64,000 nucleotides of DNA from an uncultured Azospirillum sp. (GCA_966212305.1 CBIHQY010000030.1:9018-73017); one strand, 5' to 3'. Positions 1 through 10,114 are shown, counted from the stretch's first letter. Program-made: numbers and translations. Notes: generated from the sequence alone by a model not told the origin.

Positions 1-81
1 GCGGCCGGCCGGGCATCCCGCTTCCCGACGCCCGTTCCGCCCCCCGTCCGCTTCGACCCGACCGCAGGAGGTGGTTGCGCC

Positions 82-591
82 ATGCGCACCGCACTGTCCA
101 TCCTCTACCGAACCGCCGAGATTCTGGGCGCGGTTTCGCTCGCCGCCATCGCCGTCCTGATCGTGACCCAGGTGGCGAGCCGCCTGTTCGACCGCATGGT
201 GCCTGGCGCCGACGAGCTGGCGGGCTACTGCATGGCCGCGTCCTTCTTCCTGATGCTGGGGCCGGCGCTGCGCCGCGGCGCCCATATCCGCGTCGGCGTG
301 CTGGTGGACCGGCTCCGCGGCGGCCCACGCCGGGCGCTGGAGCTGCTGTGCCTGGGCTTCGCCACCGCGCTCAGCGCCTATTTCGCCTGGTACTGGGTGC
401 GCATGACCTATGATTCCTATGATTTCGGCGATCTCAGCCAGGGCGTGCTGCCGATCCCGCTGTGGATCCCGCAGGCGCTGATGGCGGCGGGTCTGGTGGT
501 GCTGGTCATCGCCTTGATCGACGATCTGCTGGCCGTGCTGCAGGGGCGCGACGCCTCCTACCAGCATGCCGGCATGCAGAGCGAGGGCTGA
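82..591 (+). CDS. TRAP transporter small permease (DctQ-type)
   Basis: 169-aa hydrophobic ORF. AGGAGG at 66-71 lies 10 nt upstream of the ATG. The stop is 3 nt before the large-permease start, the classic small/large TRAP pairing. Confidence 0.8.
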   Translation: MRTALSILYRTAEILGAVSLAAIAVLIVTQVASRLFDRMVPGADELAGYCMAASFFLMLGPALRRGAHIRVGVLVDRLRGGPRRALELLCLGFATALSAYFAWYWVRMTYDSYDFGDLSQGVLPIPLWIPQALMAAGLVVLVIALIDDLLAVLQGRDASYQHAGMQSEG

Positions 592-594
592 GCG

Positions 595-1896
595 ATGGAC
601 GAGACGACCGCATCCATCGTCGTCGTGGTGACGATGTTCCTGATGCTGGGGGCCGGGGTCTGGGTAGCGCTGGCGCTGGCCGGCGTCGGCTTCGTCGCCA
701 TGGCGCTGTTCACCGCGCGGCCGGTGGGCATGGTGATGGCGACCAACGTCTGGGGCGCCAGCACCTCCTGGACGCTGACCGCCCTGCCCTTGTTCATCTG
801 GATGGGCGAGATCCTGTTCCGCACCCGCATCTCATCCGACATGTTCAAGGGGCTGGCGCCCTGGACCGGCTGGCTGCCCGGCCGGCTGATGCATGTGAAC
901 ATCATCGGCTGCTCGATCTTCGCCGCCGTGTCCGGCTCCTCGGCCGCCACCGCCGCCACCATCGGCCGCATGACGATCCCGGAGCTGAACCGGCGCGGAT
1001 ACGACCCGATGATGACCTTGGGGTCACTGGCCGGGGCCGGCACGCTGGGGCTGCTGATCCCGCCGTCGATCATCATGATCGTCTATGGCGTGGCCGCCGA
1101 CGTGTCGATCGCCCGGCTGTTCATCGCCGGCGTCATTCCCGGCATCGTGCTGACCGGCCTGTTCATGGTCTATGTCGGCGGCTGGTCTCTGCTGAACCCC
1201 GGCCGGGTGCCGCCGCCGGAAGCCTCGCAGAGCTTCGCTGAGAAGATCCGCGACACCGGCGCGCTGATCCCGGTCATGCTGCTGATCGCGGCGGTTCTGG
1301 GCTCCATCTATGTCGGCATCGCCACCCCGACGGAGGCGGCGGGCATCGGCGTGCTGGGCTCCCTTGTGCTGGCGCTGGTGACCGGCACACTGAACTGGGC
1401 GACCTTCCGCGACAGCCTGTTCGGCGCCGCCCACACCTCCTGCATGATCGGCTTCATCCTGGCCGGCGCCGCCTTCCTGACGGTGGCGATGGGCTATACC
1501 GGCATCCCGCGCCTGCTGGCGGAATGGATCACCACCATGCAGCTGTCGCCGGCGGCGCTGCTGGTGGCGCTGACCGCCTTCTTCGTCGTGATGGGCTGCT
1601 TCCTCGACGGCATCTCCATGGTGGTGCTGACCACCTCGGTGATCCTGCCGATGGTCCAGCAGGCGGGCATCGACCTTCTGTGGTTCGGCATCTACATCAT
1701 CATCGTGGTGGAGATGGCGCAGATCACCCCGCCGGTGGGCTTCAATCTGTTCGTGCTGCAGTCGATGACCGGCAAGAGCATCTTCACCATCGGCAGGGCC
1801 AGCATGCCCTTCTTCCTGCTGATGGTGCTGATGGTCGTCCTGCTCTGGGTGTTCCCCGGTCTGGTGACCTGGCTGCCGTCGAAGATGATCGGGTGA
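595..1896 (+). CDS. TRAP transporter large permease (DctM-type)
   Basis: 433-aa polytopic membrane ORF with DctM-like sequence throughout (e.g. GSLAGAGTLGLLIPPS, ITPPVGFNLFV). Tightly coupled to the preceding small permease. Confidence 0.9.
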   Translation: MDETTASIVVVVTMFLMLGAGVWVALALAGVGFVAMALFTARPVGMVMATNVWGASTSWTLTALPLFIWMGEILFRTRISSDMFKGLAPWTGWLPGRLMHVNIIGCSIFAAVSGSSAATAATIGRMTIPELNRRGYDPMMTLGSLAGAGTLGLLIPPSIIMIVYGVAADVSIARLFIAGVIPGIVLTGLFMVYVGGWSLLNPGRVPPPEASQSFAEKIRDTGALIPVMLLIAAVLGSIYVGIATPTEAAGIGVLGSLVLALVTGTLNWATFRDSLFGAAHTSCMIGFILAGAAFLTVAMGYTGIPRLLAEWITTMQLSPAALLVALTAFFVVMGCFLDGISMVVLTTSVILPMVQQAGIDLLWFGIYIIIVVEMAQITPPVGFNLFVLQSMTGKSIFTIGRASMPFFLLMVLMVVLLWVFPGLVTWLPSKMIG

Positions 1897-1907
1897 GGAG
1901 CGAAAGC

Positions 1908-2627
1908 GTGGACGTCCGCTTCACCAGCGCCGGCGACACCGCCTTCAACGTCGAGTTCGGCGAAGACATCGACCGGGCGACCAATGCCCGCGTCATGGCC
2001 CTGCACGCCCGGCTGAAGGCCGCCCCGCCGCCGGGACTGGTGGAGACGGTGCCGACCTTCCGCTCGCTGCTGGTGGTCTATGATCCCGTCACGTCCAGCC
2101 GGCGGGAAATGCAGGCGGCGGTCGAGGCGGCGCTGGCCGGCAGCGACACCGCCCCGGTGGAGGGCCGGCTGTGGCGCCTGCCGGTCTGCTATGCCCCCGA
2201 CCTCGGCCCCGATCTGGCGGAACTGGCGGACTCGTTGGGCCTGACGGCGGAGCGGGTGGCGGCGTTGCACGGCTCGGTGGAGTATTTCGTCTACATGCTG
2301 GGGTTCATGCCGGGCTTCGGCTACATGGGCGACCTGCCGGCCGAGCTGGACCGGCCGCGCCGGACCGAACCGCGGGTGCGGGTGCCGGCGGGATCCGTCG
2401 CCGTCGCCGGGCGGCTGACCACCGTCTATCCCTGGGAAAGCCCCGGCGGCTGGCATCTGATCGGACGCTGCCCGGTGCCGCTCTATGACGGCGACCGGCC
2501 CGACCCGGTGCTGCTGGCGGCCGGCGACCGGGTGCGCTTCGAGGCGGTGGACCGCGCCACCTTCGACCACATCGCCGAGACGGCAAGCGCCGGCCGCTTC
2601 GACCCCGCCAGCCTGAGGGCCGCGTGA
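1908..2627 (+). CDS. pxpB: 5-oxoprolinase subunit B (KipI / allophanate hydrolase subunit 1 family)
   Basis: GTG at 1908 with GAGGAG upstream. Protein starts VDVRFTSAGDTAFNVEFG and contains FMPGFGYMG and WHLIGRCP, typical of PxpB/KipI. The stop overlaps the pxpC start. Confidence 0.85.
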   Translation: MDVRFTSAGDTAFNVEFGEDIDRATNARVMALHARLKAAPPPGLVETVPTFRSLLVVYDPVTSSRREMQAAVEAALAGSDTAPVEGRLWRLPVCYAPDLGPDLAELADSLGLTAERVAALHGSVEYFVYMLGFMPGFGYMGDLPAELDRPRRTEPRVRVPAGSVAVAGRLTTVYPWESPGGWHLIGRCPVPLYDGDRPDPVLLAAGDRVRFEAVDRATFDHIAETASAGRFDPASLRAA

Positions 2628-3685
2628 TGAGCGCCTTTTTGACGGTGGTCCGGCCGGGCCTGTTCGCGACGATCCAGGATCTGGGCCGCTTCGGCTATCA
2701 GGAGCTGGGCATGCCGGTGGCCGGCGCGCTCGACCCGGTGGCTCTGCGGCTGGCCAACGCGCTGGTCGGCAATCCGCAGGGCATGGCGGGGCTGGAGATC
2801 GCCCTGCTCGGCCCCGCCCTGCGGGTGGATGCGCCCTCTGCCCGCATCGCTGCCGTCGGACCGCTGGCGCTGACGCTGGAGCGGGAGGGAGACGCCCCGC
2901 AACGGCTGGCCCCGCACCGCAGCCACACCCTGCGGCAGGGCGACATCCTGCGGCTGGGCGCGGTGGACGGGGCTTCCGTCGCCTGTCTGGCGGTGTCCGG
3001 AGGCTTCGCACTGGCGCCGGTGATGGGCAGCCTGTCCACTTACGTGCGCGCCGGCATCGGTCCTCTCGGCGGGCGGCCGTTGGCCGAGGGCGACCGGCTG
3101 CCGCTGGCCCGCGACAGCGCCCCGGACGGTTCCGACGTAGAACTGCCGCAGCCGCCGGACTACGGCGCCGGCCCGTTGCGCGTCGTGCTTGGACCGCAGG
3201 AGGACCGCTTCACCGAATCCGCAATCGACATTTTCCTGTCGGCAACCTACCGCGTCGGCAAGCAGGCCGACCGCATGGGCCTGCGGCTGGAAGGGCCGGC
3301 GCTGGCGCATCGCGGCAGCGCCGATATCCCGTCGGACGGGCTGGTCACCGGCTCCATCCAGGTGCCGGGCAACGGACAGCCGATCCTGCTGCTGAACGAC
3401 CACCAGACCGCCGGCGGCTATGCCAAGATCGCCACGGTGATCTCCGCCGACCTGCCCCGCGCCGGCCGCCTGCGCCCCGGCGACGGCCTGTCCTTCCAGG
3501 CGGTGACGGTGGAGAAGGCCGAAGCGATCCGCCGCCGCCAGGAGCAGGCCATCGCCGGCTGGGTTCGCGCCATCCGCCCGGTGCGCCCCACCGGCGGCAA
3601 CGATCTGGAGGCCCTCTATGCGGAGAACCTGATCTCCGGCACTGTCGACATCGTGAACGGCGGCAGCGATATCCCCCTGCTGTGA
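2624..3685 (+). CDS. pxpC: 5-oxoprolinase subunit C (KipA / allophanate hydrolase subunit 2 family)
   Basis: 353 aa. TIQDLGRFGYQELGMPVAGALD and HQTAGGYAKIATVI are typical PxpC/KipA motifs. GTGATG start overlaps the pxpB stop. Confidence 0.85.
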   Translation: MMSAFLTVVRPGLFATIQDLGRFGYQELGMPVAGALDPVALRLANALVGNPQGMAGLEIALLGPALRVDAPSARIAAVGPLALTLEREGDAPQRLAPHRSHTLRQGDILRLGAVDGASVACLAVSGGFALAPVMGSLSTYVRAGIGPLGGRPLAEGDRLPLARDSAPDGSDVELPQPPDYGAGPLRVVLGPQEDRFTESAIDIFLSATYRVGKQADRMGLRLEGPALAHRGSADIPSDGLVTGSIQVPGNGQPILLLNDHQTAGGYAKIATVISADLPRAGRLRPGDGLSFQAVTVEKAEAIRRRQEQAIAGWVRAIRPVRPTGGNDLEALYAENLISGTVDIVNGGSDIPLL

Positions 3686-3720
3686 CGCCCCCTGCTGTGA
3701 CGGACACCCGCCGGGGCGGG

Positions 3721-5478
3721 TCAGACGCCGACGATCTGCAAGCCGTTGCTGGGCAGGGTAAAGGTCTGCGAACCGGCGAGTTCCCTCACCACGCCGCTGT
3801 CCACATCCATGCGGAACAGGGCACCGGCCTGGGTGGAGTCCGTCGCGCTGAAATACAGCTGGTCGCCGACCGCATCCACGCTGGTGGGCTGCGTCCAGCT
3901 GGTGCGGTGGGCCTTGTCGGTGACCATCCGCGTGCCGGCCTCGGTGCCGTCGGTTCTCCACAGGGCGTTGCCATGCACGCCGTCATCCGCGGTGAAGAAC
4001 AGCCTGTGATCGGCGACGGTCAGGTTTCCGATGGCGGCGCTGGCGCTGCCGGATGCGATGTCCTTGACCATGTGCGTTCCCTGCTCCGTCCCGTCCGAGA
4101 TCCAGAGTTCGTAACCGCTCTGCTCGGTGCGGGCGTTGAAGACGACCTCGTCGCCGACGGCAAGGAACTGATTGGGACCGGAAAGGCCTGATGATGGGAA
4201 CGGCTTGACCAGGACCGTGCCCGTCGGCGTACCGTCGCTCTTCCACAGATCATTGCCACTGTTGAAGAACAGCGTATCTCCCGCGGCGACCAGAGACACC
4301 GTGCGCCCGATCCTCACATTCTCACCGAGACCTTCGCGCAGCTTGACCGTGCCCTTCTCCGTCCCGTCAGTGACCCACAGCTGGCTGTAGGAGCCGGTGC
4401 CGTCCCACGCCGTCAGGAATAGCCGGTCGTCGAGCGCCGTGAAATGGTTGGGAAAGATCGGCAACGGCACCGGAATCGGCGGATCGACCGCTCCGGGATA
4501 GAAGTCCTTCACCAGCACCGTTCCGGCCGCCGTTCCATCCGAGCGCCACAGCGCGATGCCGTGATCGCTGTCGGTGGCGGAGAAGAACAGCTCGTCCCCC
4601 ACCGCCGTCAGATTGCGCGGCGAGGAACCGGCCGGTCCCTCACCGATGTCCTTCACCATATGCGTCCCGGCGGCGGTGCCGTCACTGACCCACAGCTCGC
4701 TCCCGTGCTGGCCGTCATCCGCCTGGAAGAACAGCTTGCCGTCCGTGACGGTCAGTGCCGTCGGCGACGAGCCCGTCGCCCCCGGATTGATGTCGGCCAG
4801 CATGCGCGTCCCGCCCGGCGTTCCGTCGGTCGTCCACACTTCGCGGCCATGCACGCCGTCATCCGCGCTGAAATAGGCACGCCTGCCCATTTGCACCAAA
4901 CCCTGCGGGTCCGACGAGGCCGCGCCCGGGGCGATGTCCCGCACAAGGAAGGTCCGGCGGCCGTCGGTTCCCCACAGCTCGTCGCCATGACCGGTGTCCA
5001 CCGCCGCGAAGACGGCATCGGCCCTGACATGGCTGGTCTTGAGTAGCAGATTGTCGGCGCTCAGGTCGTCCCGTGTCAGCCCCATCAGCTTGACCCCGTC
5101 GCGCGGCCCGAAATCGAGGACCAGCCCGTCGCGATCCTGATGGGAATGGGCCAGCACATCCTCAAGGCTGCCGATCCCGCCCCAGCCTTGCAGGTCCAGC
5201 AGGTCGCCGCCCGCACCGCTCTGGAAATCGCCGATGCAGTCCCAACCGTCGCCGGGCTTGAGGACGAAGCGGTCGCTGCCGCCATCGCCTTCCATATAGT
5301 CATTGCCGCGGTTGCCGGTGATGATGTCGTCCCCACTGCCACCGAACAGAAGATCGCGATGCGCGCCGCCGGAGATCCGCCGACCGGTCACGCCATGATT
5401 CTGCGTCTGATCCCGCCCCATGATCGCACACTCCCAATGGTGCCGACGCGGATGACGTCGAAAGGGTGCCATCATCAT
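3721..5478 (-). CDS. Repeat protein: N-terminal RTX-type Ca-binding nonapeptides plus about 9 ELWxxDGT repeats
   Basis: GGSGDDIITGNRGNDYMEGDGGSD lies near the N-terminus. Then come repeated ELWGTDG, EVWTTDGTPGGT, ELWVSDGTAAGT, ALWRSDGTAAGT, QLWVTDGTEKGT, DLWKSDGTPTGT, ELWISDGTEQGT, ALWRTDGTEAGT. The true start may be the ATG at 5421. Confidence 0.8.
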   Translation of the reverse strand: MMMAPFRRHPRRHHWECAIMGRDQTQNHGVTGRRISGGAHRDLLFGGSGDDIITGNRGNDYMEGDGGSDRFVLKPGDGWDCIGDFQSGAGGDLLDLQGWGGIGSLEDVLAHSHQDRDGLVLDFGPRDGVKLMGLTRDDLSADNLLLKTSHVRADAVFAAVDTGHGDELWGTDGRRTFLVRDIAPGAASSDPQGLVQMGRRAYFSADDGVHGREVWTTDGTPGGTRMLADINPGATGSSPTALTVTDGKLFFQADDGQHGSELWVSDGTAAGTHMVKDIGEGPAGSSPRNLTAVGDELFFSATDSDHGIALWRSDGTAAGTVLVKDFYPGAVDPPIPVPLPIFPNHFTALDDRLFLTAWDGTGSYSQLWVTDGTEKGTVKLREGLGENVRIGRTVSLVAAGDTLFFNSGNDLWKSDGTPTGTVLVKPFPSSGLSGPNQFLAVGDEVVFNARTEQSGYELWISDGTEQGTHMVKDIASGSASAAIGNLTVADHRLFFTADDGVHGNALWRTDGTEAGTRMVTDKAHRTSWTQPTSVDAVGDQLYFSATDSTQAGALFRMDVDSGVVRELAGSQTFTLPSNGLQIVGV

Positions 5479-5597
5479 AAGATTCTTATATACGTCCCCG
5501 ACATGTGCACACAGTCAGTGATCCATCGCACCGGGCCTCTACCCCGGTTCGGCCTGTGACATCCCGCAATCGCCCGAAAGAAAGTGCGGCGGATGCT

Positions 5598-6737
5598 TCA
5601 ATCCGCGGCCGGTACCGGCTCTTTCACGCTGCATTCGCAATGGCGGCAGACCCGGTCCCGGCCACCCTGCTTGGCGCGGTAGAGCGCCATGTCGGCCGCC
5701 TTGATCATGGCGTCGGCCCGGCCGATGTCGGGGGCGAGGGTCGACAGGCCGATGCTGACGGTCACATGCAGGATCGCACCGTCCTGCGGGATGCTCATGT
5801 CGCGGACGGAGCAGCGCAGCCGTTCGGCGAGTTGGAAGGCCCCGTCGCCCGGCGCGTTGGGAAGCAGGATGGCGAACTCCTCGCCGCCGAAACGGGCGAC
5901 GAGGTCGCTCTGCCGCACGCTGCATTGGAGCAGACGGCTGAGCGACACCAGCACGGCGTCGCCGGCATCGTGGCCGCGGCTGTCGTTGACCTGCTTGAAA
6001 TGGTCGATGTCGAGCATCAGCAGCGACACCGGCGTGTCGTGGCGCAACGCGCTGGCCACGGCCCGATCGATGGAGGCGAAGAAGGCGCGGCGGTTCGCCA
6101 GCCCGGTCAGCGGATCGCTCAACGCCGCATTGCGCAGCATCTGCTCGGTGTCGACGCGGCGGCGCTCGCGCGCCAGCATCGTGCCCAGCATCAGAATGCC
6201 CAACGCCGTGAACAGCGCGATGGGAAGCCCGCCATCGATGAAGATCGGCAGAGCGACCTCCCAGGGCAAGATGAAGATGCTGAGGGAATTGAAGGACGCA
6301 ACCGGGCCGAGGATGAACAGCGGCCTTGAATTCCGCCACTCCACGGCAGGCACCAGCCGCCGGAGCAGCAGACCGACCGACGCCGCCAGCAGGATCCCGA
6401 GCACCCCCGGAAGCGTCCCGGCGCCGCCGATCGCGATGCGGACCGCCGACACGATCCCGGCGGCGAGCACGGCGGCCAGCGGTCCACCGAAGGGAGCGGC
6501 CAGCGCGACCGGCACCGCCTTCACGTCCAGATACACGCCGGGGGAGATGGGAACCGACTGCAGCATGGCGGCCACGCCGCCGATGCCGAACAGCAGCCCC
6601 AGGCAAAGCTGCCGAATCCGGGGCCGTTCCTCCATCCGGTACAGGATCGTCCCGTAGACGAGCGTCACCAGCGCCAGCAGCCCGACACCGCCCGCGAGTG
6701 CCGTTGCGATCATGGTCGTGGCGCTGGGTTCCTCCAC
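5598..6737 (-). CDS. Membrane-anchored diguanylate cyclase (GGDEF domain)
   Basis: N-terminal half has multiple TM helices (5TMR-LYT-like). C-terminal half has LMLDIDHFKQVNDSRGH and RFGGEEFAILL, an intact GGEEF active site. Confidence 0.85.
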   Translation of the reverse strand: MEEPSATTMIATALAGGVGLLALVTLVYGTILYRMEERPRIRQLCLGLLFGIGGVAAMLQSVPISPGVYLDVKAVPVALAAPFGGPLAAVLAAGIVSAVRIAIGGAGTLPGVLGILLAASVGLLLRRLVPAVEWRNSRPLFILGPVASFNSLSIFILPWEVALPIFIDGGLPIALFTALGILMLGTMLARERRRVDTEQMLRNAALSDPLTGLANRRAFFASIDRAVASALRHDTPVSLLMLDIDHFKQVNDSRGHDAGDAVLVSLSRLLQCSVRQSDLVARFGGEEFAILLPNAPGDGAFQLAERLRCSVRDMSIPQDGAILHVTVSIGLSTLAPDIGRADAMIKAADMALYRAKQGGRDRVCRHCECSVKEPVPAAD

Positions 6738-6978
6738 CTGCCGCTCCCCTTCGGATCGTCTGGTTGTCGACCTTCAGGCATCCATCTTCGTGTGAGTATC
6801 CTAATATGCTTAGCGCGGACATCCCAGTGTGATGCGGAGGGTTTGTCGCAAATGCGGCGCATTGTCCGGGAGGTTGCCGGACCGGAACCGGTTTTCGGGC
6901 ACCGCGTCCCCGCCGATAAGCCGAAGACGCCCGACGGAATGATGCGTATTGCGAGAAAAACAGGCCGAGCGTGGCTTG

Positions 6979-9621
6979 TCAGCTCTCCCCATCGCCGACA
7001 GGACACAGCGACTCGCCTCTCCCGCCGACGGGAGCCGCCGCCACCGGGCCGAACGCCGGATCGAACGCCTCTGCCGGGATGGGCCGGCCGAGGAACGCCC
7101 CCTGCGCGAAGCCGCAGCGGATCTCGCCGGCCAGAAGCTGCTGCTCTCCCGTCTCGACCCCTTCGGCGATCACCGTCAGGTTCATGCTGCGGGCCAGCGC
7201 CACGATGGCGCGCAGCGTCTTCTGGTTGGCGGGATTGCGGATCGTGTCCAGCAGGATGCCCTGATCGATCTTCAGGAATTCCACCGGAAGCCGCCGCAGA
7301 TGGCCGAGCGACGCATAGCCGGTGCCGAAGCCGCCGACGGAGAAGGTGACGCCCAGCGTCCGCAGGGCCTGCATGGTCAGCGTCATCTCCGCGGAAGGCG
7401 CCAGCACGGCGGCCTCCGGCAGTTCCAGGATCAGCCGGTCCGGCGACGCCCCATGACGGGCGATGCAGCCGGCGACCTGATCGCCGAAGCCGGAATGCTT
7501 GAGCTGCAGGGTGGACACCGGCACGGTCAGCCGCAGCCCGGCGGCGCCACGGTCCCGCCAGTCCGCCAGTTGCCGGCAGCCGGCATCGAGCAGCCATGTG
7601 CCGATCTGCAGGATCAACCCATTCGCCTCGGCCAGATGCAGGAAGTCGGTGGGGGGCAGCAGGCCGCGGTCGGGGTGGTTCCAGCGCACCTCCGCCTGCG
7701 CGCCGGCCAGCAGGCCGCTGCCGACCTCCACCACCGGTTGGAGGAACAGCGCCAGCTGGCCCTTGGCCACCGCCTCGTGCAACTGGTTCTCCGTTTGCAA
7801 ATGGTCGAGCGCGTCGGCGTCCATCGCCGGATCGTAGAGGGTCCAGTTGGCCGTCCCCTGCCGCTTGGCCTGATACATGGCGACATCGGCATTCTTCACC
7901 AGCAGTTCGGGGTCGGTCCCCTGCTCCGGCGCGAAGGTGACGCCGATGCTGGCCGAGATGTGCAGCGTCTGGCCGGCGATGTGGAAGGGCTCGCCCAGGC
8001 TTTCGAGCAGGCGGCGGGCCACCGTCTCCGCCTCCGCCCGGTCGCCGACCTGCGACAGGATGACGGTGAACTCGTCGCCGCCGATGCGGGCGATGGTCTC
8101 CGACCCGCGGACGCACGCCGCCATCCGGTGCGCCGCCTCGCGCAGAAGCACGTCGCCGGTCTGGTGGCCCAGCGTGTCGTTGACCCATTTGAAGCGGTTC
8201 AGGTCGATGAACAGCAGCGCCACGCAGGTCCGGTCACGCGCCGCCCGCCGCAGCGCCTGGCGCAGCCGGTCGTAGAACAGCGGCCGGTTGGGAAGCCCGG
8301 TCAGCGCGTCGTAATTGGCCTGATGGCGGATCGTCTCCTCCGCCCGGCGGCGAGCGGTGACGTCCTGGATGGCGGTGATCAGCCCCAGCACGACGCCGTC
8401 GGCGTCGTGGAAGGGTTCCCCGACCTCCTGAAGGTCCAGATGGTCGCCGTCGGGCCGGGCGACGCGGTATTCGATGTCGAACCGTGCGTTCTCGGCCCAG
8501 GCGCGGCGGTAGGCGTCATGCACGTCCGGCCGCTGTTCCGGCACAACCCGGTCGAGAAGCTGCCCGAGGGTGAGCGGTTCGGCCCCGCCGCCCAGCCGGA
8601 CCGGCTCCAGGCCGACCAGTTCGCGGAAATTGGCCGAAACCTCCAGCAGATCTTCGGGCAGATGGACGGTATAGGCCAGCTTTGCGACCCGCTGCGCCTG
8701 GGCCAGCCGGGCCTCGCTGAGGCGCAGCGGCTCCTGCCGCTTCAACCGTTGCAGCACGCGCTGGAACAGGAACAGCAGGGCCAGCAGTGCCAGCGCGAAG
8801 CCGCCGGCATAGGGCGCCGTCTCGCGGACCAGGGTGCGGCCGGGCTGCTCCGGCCTCCAGGTCAACACACCGAACCGCTGCCCGGCAATGCTCTCCAGCG
8901 GCAGGCTGACGACGTCCGCCGGAGCAGGTCCGTCGACCGTGGCCACGCGCAGATCGGCGATTCGGCGCGAACTTGCCAGCTTCGCCAGTTCCGAGTCGAG
9001 CCGGGTCATGAAGACCTGTACCGGCCGGTCAGGGTTCGGCGGCAGGGGATCGTGCCCATATTCGTACTCGATCACCCGCGCGCCGAAGACGAAGGGGATT
9101 TGTCCGATATGGACAATGCCGCTGACCGGCTTTCCGGCGGCGCGCGCCGCCGCCAGCACCGGCCGCAGATCGGCGGCCTCGCTGGTCGCCGCGTCCATGT
9201 CATCGCGCAGGGCGCCGTCCTTCGACGCATAGATCAGCCCGTCACGGCCATTCCACGCATAGGAGCGGTCGAGTCCCCACAGCCGCTCCGCATAGGGACC
9301 GACATTGGCGTTGGCCCAGACAGGGTCGTAACCGACGACCAGATGGTCGACGGCGTCGTTCCACAGGCTGTATTCCTCGGCCTTCTTTCCCATCGCGGCG
9401 CCGAGGTCCGCGACGGCATCGGCGATCTCGTCCTTCGTCCGCTCCGCCGTGGCCATATCGATCCGCCGGGCGGTCTCCAGCGCCATGAACAGCACGAACG
9501 CGATGGTCAATACAACCATAGCGGCAAAAAGCAGGCCGGCGACGTTAAGACGACGGGCATCGCCCGTGGCATGATCGAAGTTTCCCGGGGTGCGTGCGGA
9601 GGTCATCGCAGCAATTACCAA
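6979..9621 (-). CDS. Sensor protein with periplasmic domain, PAS, intact GGDEF and degenerate EAL domain
   Basis: 880 aa. TM plus periplasmic sensor region, PAS-like segment, LFIDLNRFKWVNDTLGH and RIGGDEFTVIL. The EAL domain is recognisable (LKIDQG, AEGVET, QGAFLGRP) but key residues are substituted (see finding). Confidence 0.85.
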   Translation of the reverse strand: MVIAAMTSARTPGNFDHATGDARRLNVAGLLFAAMVVLTIAFVLFMALETARRIDMATAERTKDEIADAVADLGAAMGKKAEEYSLWNDAVDHLVVGYDPVWANANVGPYAERLWGLDRSYAWNGRDGLIYASKDGALRDDMDAATSEAADLRPVLAAARAAGKPVSGIVHIGQIPFVFGARVIEYEYGHDPLPPNPDRPVQVFMTRLDSELAKLASSRRIADLRVATVDGPAPADVVSLPLESIAGQRFGVLTWRPEQPGRTLVRETAPYAGGFALALLALLFLFQRVLQRLKRQEPLRLSEARLAQAQRVAKLAYTVHLPEDLLEVSANFRELVGLEPVRLGGGAEPLTLGQLLDRVVPEQRPDVHDAYRRAWAENARFDIEYRVARPDGDHLDLQEVGEPFHDADGVVLGLITAIQDVTARRRAEETIRHQANYDALTGLPNRPLFYDRLRQALRRAARDRTCVALLFIDLNRFKWVNDTLGHQTGDVLLREAAHRMAACVRGSETIARIGGDEFTVILSQVGDRAEAETVARRLLESLGEPFHIAGQTLHISASIGVTFAPEQGTDPELLVKNADVAMYQAKRQGTANWTLYDPAMDADALDHLQTENQLHEAVAKGQLALFLQPVVEVGSGLLAGAQAEVRWNHPDRGLLPPTDFLHLAEANGLILQIGTWLLDAGCRQLADWRDRGAAGLRLTVPVSTLQLKHSGFGDQVAGCIARHGASPDRLILELPEAAVLAPSAEMTLTMQALRTLGVTFSVGGFGTGYASLGHLRRLPVEFLKIDQGILLDTIRNPANQKTLRAIVALARSMNLTVIAEGVETGEQQLLAGEIRCGFAQGAFLGRPIPAEAFDPAFGPVAAAPVGGRGESLCPVGDGES

Positions 9622-10114
9622 ATTCTGGAAAGTACAATTATTCTATCCTGACCTCCGTTAATTTTCCGCTTACGAGAACAGTTCGCAATGCAGGCGCACC
9701 AATCTTTCATCCACGCCCGGCTGCCCACGGCCGGCTTCCCACCAGTCTTTCGGCGAGTTGCGCCGATACGGACAAACCGCAATTGAAAAAGCGACCCGGC
9801 GGAGGTCAACCGACGGAGAAGGGGCGACCGAAAGCCTACAGCTACGGGTGGCGCCCTTCGTTCGATTCTGAAAAATCTGCAGCCGGGATGGCGTGAATGG
9901 CTGATCGTGGACTGGATTTAAATATCTGATCGCGGAGTTGCAATCACATGCCGCCGGAGCCAATAACCCACGTCAGTTCAATCATGAATATCACGGCACA
10001 TCCGCAGCATTTTATTCTATCTTGATTTCCCGTGATTACGCCGCCTTATTGGTGCAGTGAAACACGGCCCTCCAATAGGCCTCTCTAATGTAAATATCTG
10101 GATCGGGAGCGGGT

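Noticed and set aside
1692-3961. Long antisense ORFs (1692-3011 and 2483-3961, minus strand) overlapping pxpB and pxpC
   Set aside because: Arg/Pro/Gly/Ala-rich shadow ORFs, typical of the non-coding frames of high-G+C genes. The plus-strand genes have clear family motifs.
6949-9651. 900-aa plus-strand ORF opposite the GGDEF-EAL sensor, and 6710-8188 on the minus strand
   Set aside because: Same shadow-ORF composition with no motifs. The 6979-9621 minus frame carries the PAS, GGDEF and EAL signatures.
9651-10114. Riboswitch or sRNA in the 460-bp AT-richer intergenic region upstream of the NHLP precursor
   Set aside because: One GC-rich hairpin (about 9820-9860) but no recognisable riboswitch consensus. 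This cannot be supported without covariance-model searches.
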